From assembly GCA_963827685.1 (NCBI GenBank), contig CAWHBU010000003.1:736001-800000 (forward strand): a DNA stretch of 64,000 nt, in the 5' to 3' direction. The position numbers and the translations under genes were made by a program. Source of the stretch: an uncultured delta proteobacterium (GTDB lineage: Bacteria > Desulfobacterota > BSN033 > UBA1163). Positions 18,266 to 28,560 of this stretch are shown here, piece by piece; position 1 is the first letter of the stretch; the number at the start of each line of letters is the position of its first letter. Under the pieces are notes generated by a model. The model ran no database searches. It was not told the DNA's origin and was given only the letters and a program-made list of their open reading frames with translations.

Positions 18266-19807
18266 ATGCTGGTCTGCAAGAGTTGTAACATTGAATATGA
18301 GGAAGGTAAAAAGTTTTGTAAACATTGTGGCGATCCCCTCGTCCCGAAAGTGGAATCCATTTCAACTCAAAAGAAAGTGAATCGGGCTGAGGAGGAGAAT
18401 GCAGATGGAAAACTGATCTGCCCAAATTGTAACATCATTTATGAATTTGGAAGTTCCTGCATCCAATGCGGGTCCCCTCTGGGACGTCAAATCCCCCCTG
18501 AGGCAAAGGAAGAACCTGAGACAGCGTCCGAAGAAAAACCCGCTCCAGTACAAACATCCCGAGAACAAAAGATGGGGGCACCCCGTGCAAAACTCATTTG
18601 TCCTAACTGTAAAATAATCTATGAAAGCGGAAGTTCTTGCATCAAATGTGAGTCAGCCCTGGTTCCTCAAACTCCCTCTCAGGCAAATGAAGAACCTAAA
18701 ATGTCTCCTATCTCTGAAGGTGAGGGAAAACCCTTAAAAATACAAACGATCCAAGAGCAATTAGTCGAGGCACCCCGTAAGAAACTCATCTGCCCCGCTT
18801 GTAAGATTATCTATGAACGCGGAAATTCTTGCGTAAGATGTGGATCAAGTCTTGTTCCGCAAACGCCATCCCAAGAAAAGGAAAAACCTAAGTCATCCGA
18901 TACCGAAGTGAGTCTTTCGGCTCTTGATCTGGACGTTGGAACTGGCCCGGCCCAGGAAGGGGTTGACTTTGAGTGGCCCTCTCTTACCAGTCCGAAGAGG
19001 CGGGACTCGGGTGCCGTCGAAAAGGGGAAAAAGAAAGAGCTCGAGGTGTTCCCAACAATGGAGGTTGAAGAAGACTTCTTCAAAACCCAGACCTCAAAAC
19101 AACAACCCCCTAAAACATCGGCTGATGATTCGGGGAGGAAGTTAAGCCTTTCGACCAAACCCAAGAAAGACTATCGCCGCTTGTTTTTGGAAGTAGGTGG
19201 CATCACGATCATGGCTCTGGCGGGAGGGTATTTCCTATGGTCAGTCTATTCCCATTTAATAAGGAAAGAGCCCGATCCGAAAACACTCATTTCTAAAGAT
19301 GCAGTCACCCAGATCCTTCCCGCTTCTTCTGCCAATCCTGCTACCACTGGGACGGAGTCAGGAGGATTCAGAAGCGGGGAGGAAAGTTCGACAATTTCTA
19401 AAGAGGCGCCCCCTTCTCCCCTTCCTTTCCCGGATGCTTCCAAAACACCTTCTATAGAGATCCGAGAGATACAAAATATTAAAACCCTCCTCGAGAATAT
19501 CCGGCAGGCAAATTTACAGAAGGATATTGACCTTTTCATATCCTGCTATGCTGCTGATTTCAAAGACCGAGAAGGGAAAAGGAGGGCAACACTTGCCTAT
19601 TGGAAAAGATTTGATTACGTCGACCTGTCGTATGATTTGAAGAATTCTTCAATATCAGGGGATACGGCCAAGATAAAAGTTGAATGGGTGATCAAAGTTT
19701 CTCAAAAGACTGGTAAGCAGCCACAGAAAAGTAAAACCAATCTGGATGTCAAACTGAAGAAAGAAGAAGGCGGGTGGAAGATAGAAGAAGTGAAACAGGC
19801 AGGTTAA
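18266..19807 (+). CDS. Membrane protein with four double zinc-ribbon repeats and a C-terminal NTF2-like domain
   Basis: Four CxxC-x9/10-CxxC units, one TM helix, DIDLFISCYAADF...GGWKIEE. Confidence 0.75.
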   Translation: MLVCKSCNIEYEEGKKFCKHCGDPLVPKVESISTQKKVNRAEEENADGKLICPNCNIIYEFGSSCIQCGSPLGRQIPPEAKEEPETASEEKPAPVQTSREQKMGAPRAKLICPNCKIIYESGSSCIKCESALVPQTPSQANEEPKMSPISEGEGKPLKIQTIQEQLVEAPRKKLICPACKIIYERGNSCVRCGSSLVPQTPSQEKEKPKSSDTEVSLSALDLDVGTGPAQEGVDFEWPSLTSPKRRDSGAVEKGKKKELEVFPTMEVEEDFFKTQTSKQQPPKTSADDSGRKLSLSTKPKKDYRRLFLEVGGITIMALAGGYFLWSVYSHLIRKEPDPKTLISKDAVTQILPASSANPATTGTESGGFRSGEESSTISKEAPPSPLPFPDASKTPSIEIREIQNIKTLLENIRQANLQKDIDLFISCYAADFKDREGKRRATLAYWKRFDYVDLSYDLKNSSISGDTAKIKVEWVIKVSQKTGKQPQKSKTNLDVKLKKEEGGWKIEEVKQAG

Positions 19808-19993
19808 GTTTCCAGCTATTGATTGCCCCCTTTTCCCCGATCCTCCGCAAACCCTTCAGATTGAATCTTTCCTGAATCATCGAACTCTGCATTATACCGT
19901 TACGACAAAGAAATGCACGGTGGTATATCAACGTGTAAAAGGTTCTTCAGGCAAATTGGAAATAGCCATTGGATGGGTTAGAATTTATTCAAT

Positions 19994-20070
19994 GGATTCA
20001 AGGAGTCCAGGGTTCATGTGGCCAAGTGAAGTTTCACCGAACCCTTGAACCCCTGAACCTTCGAAATCCT
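19994..20070. repeat. Inverted octamer arrays (GGGTTCAA / TTGAACCC)
   Basis: ggattcaa ggagtcca gggttcat...gtgaa g tttcac cgaaccct tgaacccc tgaacctt. Confidence 0.75.
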
Positions 20071-20087
20071 ATCAGTGAGGTCTCAAT

Positions 20088-21706
20088 GGGCTGTTGCTCA
20101 AAAGCCCAATTCAAAAATATCTGACAGTTTGAGTTTCCATGAATGATAGCCGAGGGTAAGTAAAACCAAATAGCACCATTCGGCCAATTTTTGAGTTCAT
20201 TAGCTCCTTAAAATCTGAAAAGGACCTTATCTCCCTTGTCACAGCCCCTTTGATCTGCTCCATCATCACCGATGGACTTCTCTTTAGGTAAGATCCGTAC
20301 CTAAGCAAAACCTCAATGTTCTGGACAGCAGAGATCAGGTATTCCTGTATCTGCACCCGCCAAAGCCCTCTCCATCGTGCCCGGTCATATCCATACCGCG
20401 TCCCTCTGGCATAGGAACGCTCCATCAAATGCTGCCTCACTTTGATATCCCGCTTCGCTTTGGCCGATCGACTCGCTTCTCGCATCCTGTCTAGATCTTC
20501 CTGCCTCAGATGTCGCTTAATTGTCCGACCTGATCTGTTTCTAGTACACTGCTCTCTTAAGTCACATGCTGCACAAATCTTCTTGGGTGCAGCGTAATCT
20601 CTACTTTGCCGACTCATATGTAATGATCTAGGCTTCAACCGATGCCCAGCTGGACAACGATAGGTGTCACTCTCCCGATCATACTCAAACCGCTCTTCCC
20701 CAAAGATATTCTGCTTTTCTGTACGCTTCAATGAAATTTCCCTCAAGTCCGGCATGTGGGCCTCTACTCCTCTATCATGACAGGCCAAAAAGTTCTCGAT
20801 CGTCCCGTATTTGCTGTCGGCCACCACCGTATCCGCATTGATCCCTGTATTTAAACGGTGGCTCTCTATCAGAGGAATCATCTCATGCGCTTCATTGACA
20901 TCTCCTGTTGTCGTCTCGATCGCCGTGATCACTTCACTCCGCTCATCCACGGCCCGATGTACCTGATAGGAGAGTTTGGGCTTGCCACGATTCACAATCG
21001 ATGCATCCGGATCGGTCGTTGAAATGTATCGGCTGTTCTCTTTAACGTATCTCCTGGAGGAATCCGTGCTCTCGCTCTTTTCCTCTAATCGTGCTTCCAG
21101 CTTCTTGTAGCCCTCCTGGAGTTGAACCTTCAACGATCGCGTGTCGATCACGGAGTTGTTCGATGCATCCGCATCCACCAGGCTCGAATCCACAAAGATC
21201 TTTCTGCCGTCCACTAACCCCGCCTCCACACATTGCCACACCATTCGCTCAAAGAACCCCCTAAACGCTTCCACTCCCCACCGCGCCCTGGCTTTACTCA
21301 AAACACTGTGATCCGGCACCTCACTGTCTATGTCGTACCCTAAAAACCATAGCCAGTCTAAACGCATGGGGATCGTTTCCATTAACTCTCGTTCCGATCG
21401 AACATTGTAAAGAACTAACAGCAACATCATCTTCAGGATTACAGGAGGGGGAATGGACACATTCCCGTTGCCCCCATAGGTGTCTCTGACCTCTGCATAG
21501 ATGAAGTTAAAGTCAATCTGCTCTTGAATCCTTCTCAGAAGGTGTGTCCGGGGAATCCTTTATTCCAGGTTCATATGATGATAGAAGATCTTCGGCTGAA
21601 TTCCTGTCTGTTGTCCCATCATGGCAATATCTCCATTCCAGATTTGTGCTGCCATGCTTATAGCTCGAATGTATAATCGTTGCAAGTATCATTTGGGCAA
21701 CAGCCC
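20088..21706 (-). mobile_element. IS1182-family insertion sequence
   Basis: TIRs GGGCTGTTGCTCAAA / TTTGGGCAACAGCCC (14 of 15 match); TCAAT on both flanks. Confidence 0.88.
20111..21622 (-). pseudogene. IS1182 transposase with a premature TAA at codon 21
   Basis: MMGQQTGIQPKIFYHHMNLE*RIPRTHLL is in frame with PDHSVLSKAR, VDSSLVDADA, ADSKYG and CPAG. Confidence 0.85.
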
Positions 21707-21740
21707 GTCAATGGGCCACCTCATAAGAAGATGGATTAAA

Positions 21741-22361
21741 ATGCCCCTTACCCGTAGGGGTTTTTTCGGAGCAATCGGTTTAGGTTTATACCACGTTACA
21801 TCCAAAACGGCGGGCTGGGCGAAGGTTACATATCTTCAGGTCAAAGAATTTCTCATCCGTTCCGTTGAAGGAACTCAGCGCGTCGATCTCAAGACATGGC
21901 GCCTCAAGATCGAGGGATTAGTTGAAAAGCCCATCGCTCTCAGTTTCGGCGAAATCCAGGCTCTTCCCAGGAAAATTCAAGTGAAACATTTCATCTGTGT
22001 CGAAGGCTGGAGACTGGATAACCAAAAATGGGAAGGAGTTCACCTCAAGGAGATTTTCTCAAAGGTAAAGATCAGCCCAAAAGCGAAATATGTCACTTTC
22101 CATGCAACGGGGGGGAAATATCAAGACAGCCTATCCCTGCAAGAGGCTCTTGAACCCGAGACGATGCTTGCCTATAGAGTGAACGACAAAAACTTACTTC
22201 CAGAAAATGGTTTCCCTCTTCGACTGATCATCCCACGTATGTACGCTTACAAAGGTGTCAAATGGGTGGAGCGAATCGTCTTGACCGAAAAAGAAGAGAC
22301 GGGATATTGGGAAAAGTTTGGTTATCCCGCAGACGGCTCCGTCCCGGGTCTGAAAGCTTAG
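21741..22361 (+). CDS. Molybdopterin-dependent oxidoreductase (sulfite oxidase/MsrP-like) with Tat signal
   Basis: TRRGFFG; FICVEGW, GFPLRLIIP, YKGVKW, GYWE. Confidence 0.88.
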   Translation: MPLTRRGFFGAIGLGLYHVTSKTAGWAKVTYLQVKEFLIRSVEGTQRVDLKTWRLKIEGLVEKPIALSFGEIQALPRKIQVKHFICVEGWRLDNQKWEGVHLKEIFSKVKISPKAKYVTFHATGGKYQDSLSLQEALEPETMLAYRVNDKNLLPENGFPLRLIIPRMYAYKGVKWVERIVLTEKEETGYWEKFGYPADGSVPGLKA

Positions 22362-23065
22362 AGATATTTTTTAAACCAACCCACACTGAGTTCCATGGCT
22401 CGTTGACGATGAACCGGATCTGTCAATCGATGATCTGCACCTCCGATTATATGAATCTCTTTGGGGACACTCAAATTGTAAAAGATTCCCAGGGCTTGAT
22501 CCAAAGGAACAAACTCATCTTCCTCTCCATGAATAACGAGACATTGAGAGACCTTATTCAATAAAGGGACTAACCGGTGTTTTGGAAGATCCTCAAAAAA
22601 GGCCTCTGGAGGGAGAGGATGATCTTCCTCCTGCTTTTTCGATCCGAGATCATCTAAGTGAAGGGGCGTCGCCCAGATCACGACAGGTCTAATCTCTTTA
22701 TCCTCCGAGGCTTTGATCAAGGAAAGAAAGCCTCCAAGGCTCGAACCGATTAACCCAATCCGATTTCCCAGACCGGGATAAGATCTCATAAAATCAACCC
22801 CCGCATTCAGGTCGGAGAGCTTTTTGCTGATCGTATTGTCTTCCTCACTCCCTTCGCTTTCTCCGATTCCCCTAAAATCGAACCGAAGCATGGCCATTCC
22901 CTCCTCTGACATCCGCTCCCCAAGAGCAATATACTTTTCACTATCCTTACTGGAGAGGAGGCCGTGAGAGGCAATCACGCAAGGTGGGTTCTTTTCGTCA
23001 GGAAGATGAAGAATTCCTGAAATCTTCATACCCTCACTCATAAAAGAAACTCTCTCCATTTTCAT
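22358..23065 (-). CDS. Alpha/beta hydrolase
   Basis: FDFRGIGES, GSSLG, HGEED, ADH. Confidence 0.88.
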   Translation of the reverse strand: MKMERVSFMSEGMKISGILHLPDEKNPPCVIASHGLLSSKDSEKYIALGERMSEEGMAMLRFDFRGIGESEGSEEDNTISKKLSDLNAGVDFMRSYPGLGNRIGLIGSSLGGFLSLIKASEDKEIRPVVIWATPLHLDDLGSKKQEEDHPLPPEAFFEDLPKHRLVPLLNKVSQCLVIHGEEDEFVPLDQALGIFYNLSVPKEIHIIGGADHRLTDPVHRQRAMELSVGWFKKYL

Positions 23066-23093
23066 TCTGGAATTTCCCTCTTATCGTGACCGT

Positions 23094-23131
23094 GCCTGCA
23101 CGCCGAAGTGCCTGCGTTACGGCACGCAGGC
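23094..23131. mobile_element. GCCTGC-ended palindromic micro-element (family I), GT on both flanks
   Basis: gt[gcctgcacgccgaagtg...tacggcacgcaggc]gt; related copies at 35674, 55042, 56446, 59051. Confidence 0.7.
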
Positions 23132-23190
23132 GTGTCCCTGCCACGTGTCCGTTAAAAATCTCGTGATCAAAAACATTATCGTATCTTTGA

Positions 23191-23225
23191 GCTTTCAGCC
23201 TTCTGCTGACTGCCTACTGCTTTCT
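23191..23225. repeat. Single-arm heptamer array
   Basis: gctttca gccttct gctgact gcctact gctttct. Confidence 0.65.
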
Positions 23226-23232
23226 TATCACT

Positions 23233-24942
23233 TTATGTTTTAATTCCTGCTTCTTTCATTGCTTTCAAATACTCTCCCTTCAATTGTTCTTTCGAGATAC
23301 CATGGTCAATGAAATCCCAAGGAAAGATTTCATCCAAATCCCTTTTTCGATAGACGTAGAAGTCAGCGTTGATGCTGGTCTCTCGAACGGCCTGCCTCCA
23401 ATTTCCCTGATACCGATGGGTTGCCATCAATATCTTCCCCACCCTCCGATCTCCTTTTGAGAGCAGAGCCTGAACATAAGCCCATTTGGGAAGGTCGTGG
23501 ATCATCTCCATTCCTTTTTCACCTTGAACTCCCCTTTGAATCATCTTTAACTTCTTCTTTAAGTCCCCGACTTCTTCCAAGGGCACCCACTGAAAGGGCG
23601 TAGCTGGTTTTGGAATAAAGGGGTTGACGCTCAGAATTAACCTCCATCTTTTCTCCCGGTGCTTTTGATTCGAGAGAATCTGATGCCGAATCCGTTTGGC
23701 GAGGAGGAGAATTTCTCTAATATCCTCATCGGTCTCAGAGGGAAGGCCAATTAAAAAATAGCACTTGATGCGGGAGAGACCGTTCTCAACCAACGTATCA
23801 ATGGATCTTAAAATCTCATCTTCACGATAACCCTTCTTCAACATCTTTCGGAGTCTTTCTGAACCTGCCTCAGGGGCAATGGCTACGGTGCGATCCTCTC
23901 CCTCTCTCAGACACTGAATCAGGGGTGGCGTGACGGCATCTACTCTCAAGGAGGATAAAGAAATCCCTCCTTGCTGAGAGAGGATACTCTGGCACAATGG
24001 GAGGAGTTTGGGATGGTCGGAGACCGCAGTCCCGGTCAAACCAATCCGATGCTCTTTTAAAAGGGCTTCCTTTGAAATCGATTCCAGAAAGGAAAGGCTT
24101 CGGTTTCGAAAAGGATGGTAAACAAAACAAGCTGCACAGAAACGACAACCCCTGGGGCAACCCCGGTTTACCTCTACCAAAGCCATCTCTTTAAACTCCG
24201 TGTCCGGAGTGAAAAGAGTAGATTGCGTTGGGAATTGATCGAGCTTAGGGACCCATCTCCGTTTGATCTTTCTGGGAAATCCCGGCTCGGGATCCATCGC
24301 CTCTATCTTTCCATTTTCAGCATAACTCACTCGATAAAACTTTGGAATGTAAACCCCTTCCAGCCCAGCCAGATTCTTCAAAAGATCGTCCTTCTCTCTT
24401 TTCCTTTTATCTGAAAGGGTTTGACGACAAACCTCTAAGAATTCTCCCATCACCTCTTCCGCCTCTCCGAGAATAAAGAGGTCAAAGAATTCACTGATGG
24501 ATTCCGGATTTAAAAAAACGGCGACCCCTCCAGCTATCACCCACGGATATCTTCCATTACGAAGACGGCTCTCTAAGGGAATATGCGCTAGTTCCAGAAG
24601 CGTGAGGACATTGAGAAAATCGTTCTCGAAAGAGATAGAGAAGGCTAAGATATCGAAGCTGGAGAGAGGTTTTTGGGATTCTAACGAGAAAAGAGGGGTT
24701 TGGGTATTGCGATATTCTTGGAGATCTTCTGAGTCAGGAAGGAAGGCTCTTTCACAGACCACATCGTCATCAGCGTTTAAAATCTGATAAAGGGTCTGAA
24801 ATCCAAGGTTGGACATCCCCACATGGTAAGCGTTGGGATAGAGAAGACAAATCGTAATTTTCCCGCCCCATGGTTTTCGGACAGTTCCTTTCTCTTTTTC
24901 AAGCACACCCTTAGCCTTCTGAACAAGTTTCCAGGAAGTCAT
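23233..24942 (-). CDS. B12-binding-domain radical SAM protein
   Basis: YHVGMSNLGFQ, RGCPRGCRFC, APEAGSERLR, PFIPKPATPFQW. Confidence 0.88.
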   Translation of the reverse strand: MTSWKLVQKAKGVLEKEKGTVRKPWGGKITICLLYPNAYHVGMSNLGFQTLYQILNADDDVVCERAFLPDSEDLQEYRNTQTPLFSLESQKPLSSFDILAFSISFENDFLNVLTLLELAHIPLESRLRNGRYPWVIAGGVAVFLNPESISEFFDLFILGEAEEVMGEFLEVCRQTLSDKRKREKDDLLKNLAGLEGVYIPKFYRVSYAENGKIEAMDPEPGFPRKIKRRWVPKLDQFPTQSTLFTPDTEFKEMALVEVNRGCPRGCRFCAACFVYHPFRNRSLSFLESISKEALLKEHRIGLTGTAVSDHPKLLPLCQSILSQQGGISLSSLRVDAVTPPLIQCLREGEDRTVAIAPEAGSERLRKMLKKGYREDEILRSIDTLVENGLSRIKCYFLIGLPSETDEDIREILLLAKRIRHQILSNQKHREKRWRLILSVNPFIPKPATPFQWVPLEEVGDLKKKLKMIQRGVQGEKGMEMIHDLPKWAYVQALLSKGDRRVGKILMATHRYQGNWRQAVRETSINADFYVYRKRDLDEIFPWDFIDHGISKEQLKGEYLKAMKEAGIKT

Positions 24943-24945
24943 TTG

Positions 24946-25063
24946 TTAGTGATTCGTGTTTCGTGCTCGTGATTCGTTAAAAAACATTTTACCACAAAGA
25001 AGAAAACTTAACCAATCATTGGTTTTCCATCACGAATCACGAGTCATCCTTCACTGTCACTGA
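24946..25063. repeat. Inverted heptamer arrays (TTCGTGA / TCACGAA)
   Basis: ttagtga ttcgtgt ttcgtgc tcgtga ttcg ... tcacgaa tcacgag tca. Confidence 0.8.
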
Positions 25064-26269
25064 TCAGTCGGCCTGTTTTCTTAAAAAAGTTGGGATATCA
25101 AAACGATCCTCATCCTCAACAGAGAAATCCGACGGTGGATCCAATTTTAGTTCATCGAACCGCTCGCTCGTCTTCCCCCTTCTCATAAAAGCAGGGATGT
25201 CCCTGTTATTCTCTTTGTTGCCAAAAGAGAAGTGTGGAAAATCTTTATTCTGCTCTCGGAGGCCAAATGAGATAGGAGCCATTTTCTTAAACTGAGATGT
25301 TCTCTTATCCTCTTTCTTTCCGAAACCGGTAGCAATCACGGTTACCCGAATCTCTTCCTTCATGGTTTTGTCGACCACCATCCCCCAGATCACATTGGCA
25401 TCTTCATGGGCTTCCTTCTGAATCAGAGTGGTTGCCTCATTGATTTCGCTGAGGGTCATATTCTCGCCCCCGGTGATGTTGATGAGAAGCCCCCGGGCTC
25501 CTTCAATCGTAATATCTTCCAAGAGAGGGCTGGAAATCGCTCTTTGGGCAGCTTCCACGGATCGATTCTCACCCATAGCAATTCCTGTTCCCATCAATGC
25601 CATTCCCGTCTCAGACATGACGGTGCGGACATCGGCAAAGTCCAGATTGATGATTCCATGGCCAACGATGATATCTGAGATCCCTTTGGCAGCATGATAG
25701 AGAACTTCGTCTGCTTTCTTGAAGGCCTCCAGCAGAGTCATGCTCTTCCCGCTGACACTAAGGAGACGCTGGTTCGGGATCGTGATGAGGGCATCCGCTG
25801 TCATCTTGAGATTGGCCAACCCTTCCTCTGCCTGTTTCATCCTCTTCTTTCCTTCGAAGTAGAAGGGTTTGGTCACAATCGCTACGGTCAGGGCACCTAT
25901 TTCACGGGCCACTTCTGCAATCACCGGCGCCCCGCCCGTACCCGTCCCGCCGCCTAACCCGGCTGTGATGAAGACCATGTCTGACCCTTTTAGAGCTTCG
26001 CGAATCTTCTCGATATCCTCGAGGGCAGCCTTCCTCCCTATCTCTGGATTGGCTCCGGCTCCCAAGCCCTTGGTCAAATTTTCGCCCAATTGCAATTTGA
26101 TGGGAGCCATATTTGCCGCCATCGCCTGGGCATCGGTATTGGCGGCGATGAACTCGACCCCGGAGAGTTGATAAGAAATCATGGTATTCAGGGCATTATT
26201 TCCTCCTCCTCCAATTCCGATGATCTTGACCTTGGCAGCCAAATTCTTATTTTCGTCGAATTCGATCAT
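25064..26269 (-). CDS. ftsZ: Cell division protein FtsZ
   Basis: GGGTGTG, NLDFADV, C-terminal DIPTFLRK. Confidence 0.98.
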   Translation of the reverse strand: MIEFDENKNLAAKVKIIGIGGGGNNALNTMISYQLSGVEFIAANTDAQAMAANMAPIKLQLGENLTKGLGAGANPEIGRKAALEDIEKIREALKGSDMVFITAGLGGGTGTGGAPVIAEVAREIGALTVAIVTKPFYFEGKKRMKQAEEGLANLKMTADALITIPNQRLLSVSGKSMTLLEAFKKADEVLYHAAKGISDIIVGHGIINLDFADVRTVMSETGMALMGTGIAMGENRSVEAAQRAISSPLLEDITIEGARGLLINITGGENMTLSEINEATTLIQKEAHEDANVIWGMVVDKTMKEEIRVTVIATGFGKKEDKRTSQFKKMAPISFGLREQNKDFPHFSFGNKENNRDIPAFMRRGKTSERFDELKLDPPSDFSVEDEDRFDIPTFLRKQAD

Positions 26270-26291
26270 ATCCTCCCTCCTCTCATAAAAT

Positions 26292-26393
26292 TGGAATGAT
26301 GGAAGAATGAAATGATGGAATATTGGGTTTCAGTCACACGGGAGTAATAATATTTTACCCATTATTCCATTTTTCCAATATTCCAGTCTTCCA
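26292..26393. repeat. Inverted octamer arrays (TGGAATRA / TATTCCA)
   Basis: tggaatga tggaagaa tgaaatga tggaatat tggg ... ccca ttattcca tttttcca atattcca gtcttcca. Confidence 0.88.
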
Positions 26394-27620
26394 TTAAAAG
26401 AATTCTTCAATCCATTCCCTCATCCGGTGGGTGACCTTGCTGAAGATGTTCCCCTCACCCACCTTAAACCGACTCTGTCCTTTTTTTCGACTTCCATAGA
26501 GAACCAGACCCACCCCGGTCGCATACATTGGACTCGCGACCAGATCCACTAATCCTCCGATACCGATGGGGGCCCCTCTGCGAACGGGCAGATTAAAGAT
26601 CTGTTCAGTCAACTCAGGAACGCCCTCCAGAATGGCGCTCCCGCCCGTCAGGACAATCCCGGAGGCAAGCAGATTAGCAAAGCCTGTCTTCACCAGTTCA
26701 TTATGAACTAAGGAGAGAATCTCCTCGACCCTAGGTTCGATGATCTCTGCCAGAGTCTGCCTGGAAAGGACGCGAGGTTTCCTGCCCCCGACGCTGGGGA
26801 CTTCAATGGTTTCGTCCTTCCGAACCAAAGAAGTCAGGGCGCATCCATATTTAATTTTGATCTTTTCCGCTTCCTCCACCGGCGTCCGTAGTCCCATCGA
26901 GATATCGCTCGTGATATGGCTTCCTGCTAATGAAAAAATCGATGTATGTTTGATCGCACCATTTGAAAAGATGACCAGATCAGTGGTTCCGCCTCCGATG
27001 TCGATGATGGCCACTCCCAGGTCTTTCTCCTCAGGTGTCAGGACCGCTTCGCTCGAGCCCAACTGTTCTAAAACAATGTCGTCCACATCCAGCCCTGCCT
27101 TGTTGGCGCATTTAATGATGTTTTGGGCAGAGGTAATGGCGCCGGTGACAATATGAACCCTTCCCTCCAGTCTCACCCCCGACATCCCGACAGGGTCTTT
27201 GATCCCGTCCTGATCATCCACGATGAATTCCTGGGGAATGATGTGAATCACCTCTCGATCCATCGGCATGGCGACGGCGCTTGCAGCATTGATCACCCGT
27301 TTCACATCATTCGGACCGATCTCTCTGTTTTTGACAGCGATCACACCATGACTGTTAATGCCTCTGATATGCCCTCCTGCGATTCCGGCATAGACAGAGG
27401 TGAGGTGATAGCCTGCCATTAACTCCGCTTCTTCAACCGCCTTCTTGATCGAATGAACGGTGCTCTCGATATTGATGACCACCCCTTTTCGTAATCCCTT
27501 CGATGAAAAAGTTCCAAGGCCGATGATGTTGACCTGACCCTCAGAAATTTCTCCGACCACGGTGCAGATCTTTGTCGTCCCGATGTCCAACCCGACTACC
27601 AACGAATCCTTCTTCCCCAC
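26394..27620 (-). CDS. ftsA: Cell division protein FtsA
   Basis: GLDIGTTK, IDIGGGTTD, LTGG, C-terminal amphipathic helix. Confidence 0.97.
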   Translation of the reverse strand: MGKKDSLVVGLDIGTTKICTVVGEISEGQVNIIGLGTFSSKGLRKGVVINIESTVHSIKKAVEEAELMAGYHLTSVYAGIAGGHIRGINSHGVIAVKNREIGPNDVKRVINAASAVAMPMDREVIHIIPQEFIVDDQDGIKDPVGMSGVRLEGRVHIVTGAITSAQNIIKCANKAGLDVDDIVLEQLGSSEAVLTPEEKDLGVAIIDIGGGTTDLVIFSNGAIKHTSIFSLAGSHITSDISMGLRTPVEEAEKIKIKYGCALTSLVRKDETIEVPSVGGRKPRVLSRQTLAEIIEPRVEEILSLVHNELVKTGFANLLASGIVLTGGSAILEGVPELTEQIFNLPVRRGAPIGIGGLVDLVASPMYATGVGLVLYGSRKKGQSRFKVGEGNIFSKVTHRMREWIEEFF

Positions 27621-27637
27621 CTTTTCATCACCTCCTT

Positions 27638-28471
27638 TCAGTCCCCATAGGGAACCTTTTTGACCACCATTCTTTTCAAGTCACTGCAATCAATCGAGGC
27701 TGCTGAAAATCCTCTTTTCCGAAGGTCGGACCAGATGAGAGACAATCTTCTCAACTTCTCCCCAAAGTCCTCCCATCCCATCTTGACCTCCACCCCTTCT
27801 GTCTTGGTAAAACAATGGATTCCAAGAGCCTTCTCCATATGGATCTCAGATATTTCCTCCAGGGGAGGTAATTTTTCTTGACTGACGATCCTCAAGAGAT
27901 CCAGCGCCTTGGTAATCAGGCGTTTTGCCTCCGCAGGATCTATTTCTAAAACCCGACGGGTCAAGCCAGTGAGATAAGGGTAGTTGTATTCATCTCTCTC
28001 TCCTACAGGAGAAAAGATCTCCCCTTTGGTATCGATATAGTAAAGCTCTTCTAATTGAATGATGGCCATCGGCTTTCTCTCTTCAATCTGGATCAATATC
28101 TTGTTGGGAAAGACCTTCCTCACCCGAACCTGGTCAATCCAAGGATGGGACTCTAATCGTTTGACGACCTCCTTCAGCTTGACCGAGAAGAGATTGGGCA
28201 TTCCTTCCATCACCGTGAGGGAGAGAAGGGTCTCTTTTGGAATCTTTTGACCTCCTTCCACCTCGACTTCCCTCACTCGAAAATAGGGATCTCCAAAGAG
28301 ATGGACATAAATCCAATGGCTGATAAAAAGGAAAAAAGAGAAGAGAAGAAGTTGAAAAGCCACTCGGATCGTCTTTTTCAAGATCCTGAAAAACTTCTCT
28401 GCTCCTTTTTCTTCCCTTCTTACTTTCGGTCGGAGAAACTTTCCATCTCGGACTGTAAGGGTCTCTCCCAT
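27638..28471 (-). CDS. ftsQ: Cell division protein FtsQ
   Basis: TM + POTRA (HPWI...FPNKILIQIEER); position in the dcw cluster. Confidence 0.9.
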   Translation of the reverse strand: MGETLTVRDGKFLRPKVRREEKGAEKFFRILKKTIRVAFQLLLFSFFLFISHWIYVHLFGDPYFRVREVEVEGGQKIPKETLLSLTVMEGMPNLFSVKLKEVVKRLESHPWIDQVRVRKVFPNKILIQIEERKPMAIIQLEELYYIDTKGEIFSPVGERDEYNYPYLTGLTRRVLEIDPAEAKRLITKALDLLRIVSQEKLPPLEEISEIHMEKALGIHCFTKTEGVEVKMGWEDFGEKLRRLSLIWSDLRKRGFSAASIDCSDLKRMVVKKVPYGD

Positions 28472-28485
28472 CTCTCTTGACTCCG

Positions 28486-28550
28486 GTTTTTTGAGTTCAT
28501 TGAGTTGGTTAGGTTTTTTGAGCTAACCCAAAGAACTCCAGCAACGCGAT
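28486..28550. repeat. Inverted 9-mer arrays (TTCATTGAG / AACTCAATG-like)
   Basis: ttttttgag ttcattgag ttggttagg ttttttgag ct aacccaaag aactccagc. Confidence 0.7.
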
Positions 28551-28560
28551 CATCTAAAAA

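Noticed and set aside
21621-21740. Longer start for the molybdoenzyme
   Set aside because: It lies inside the IS1182 end; the Tat motif places the start at 21741.
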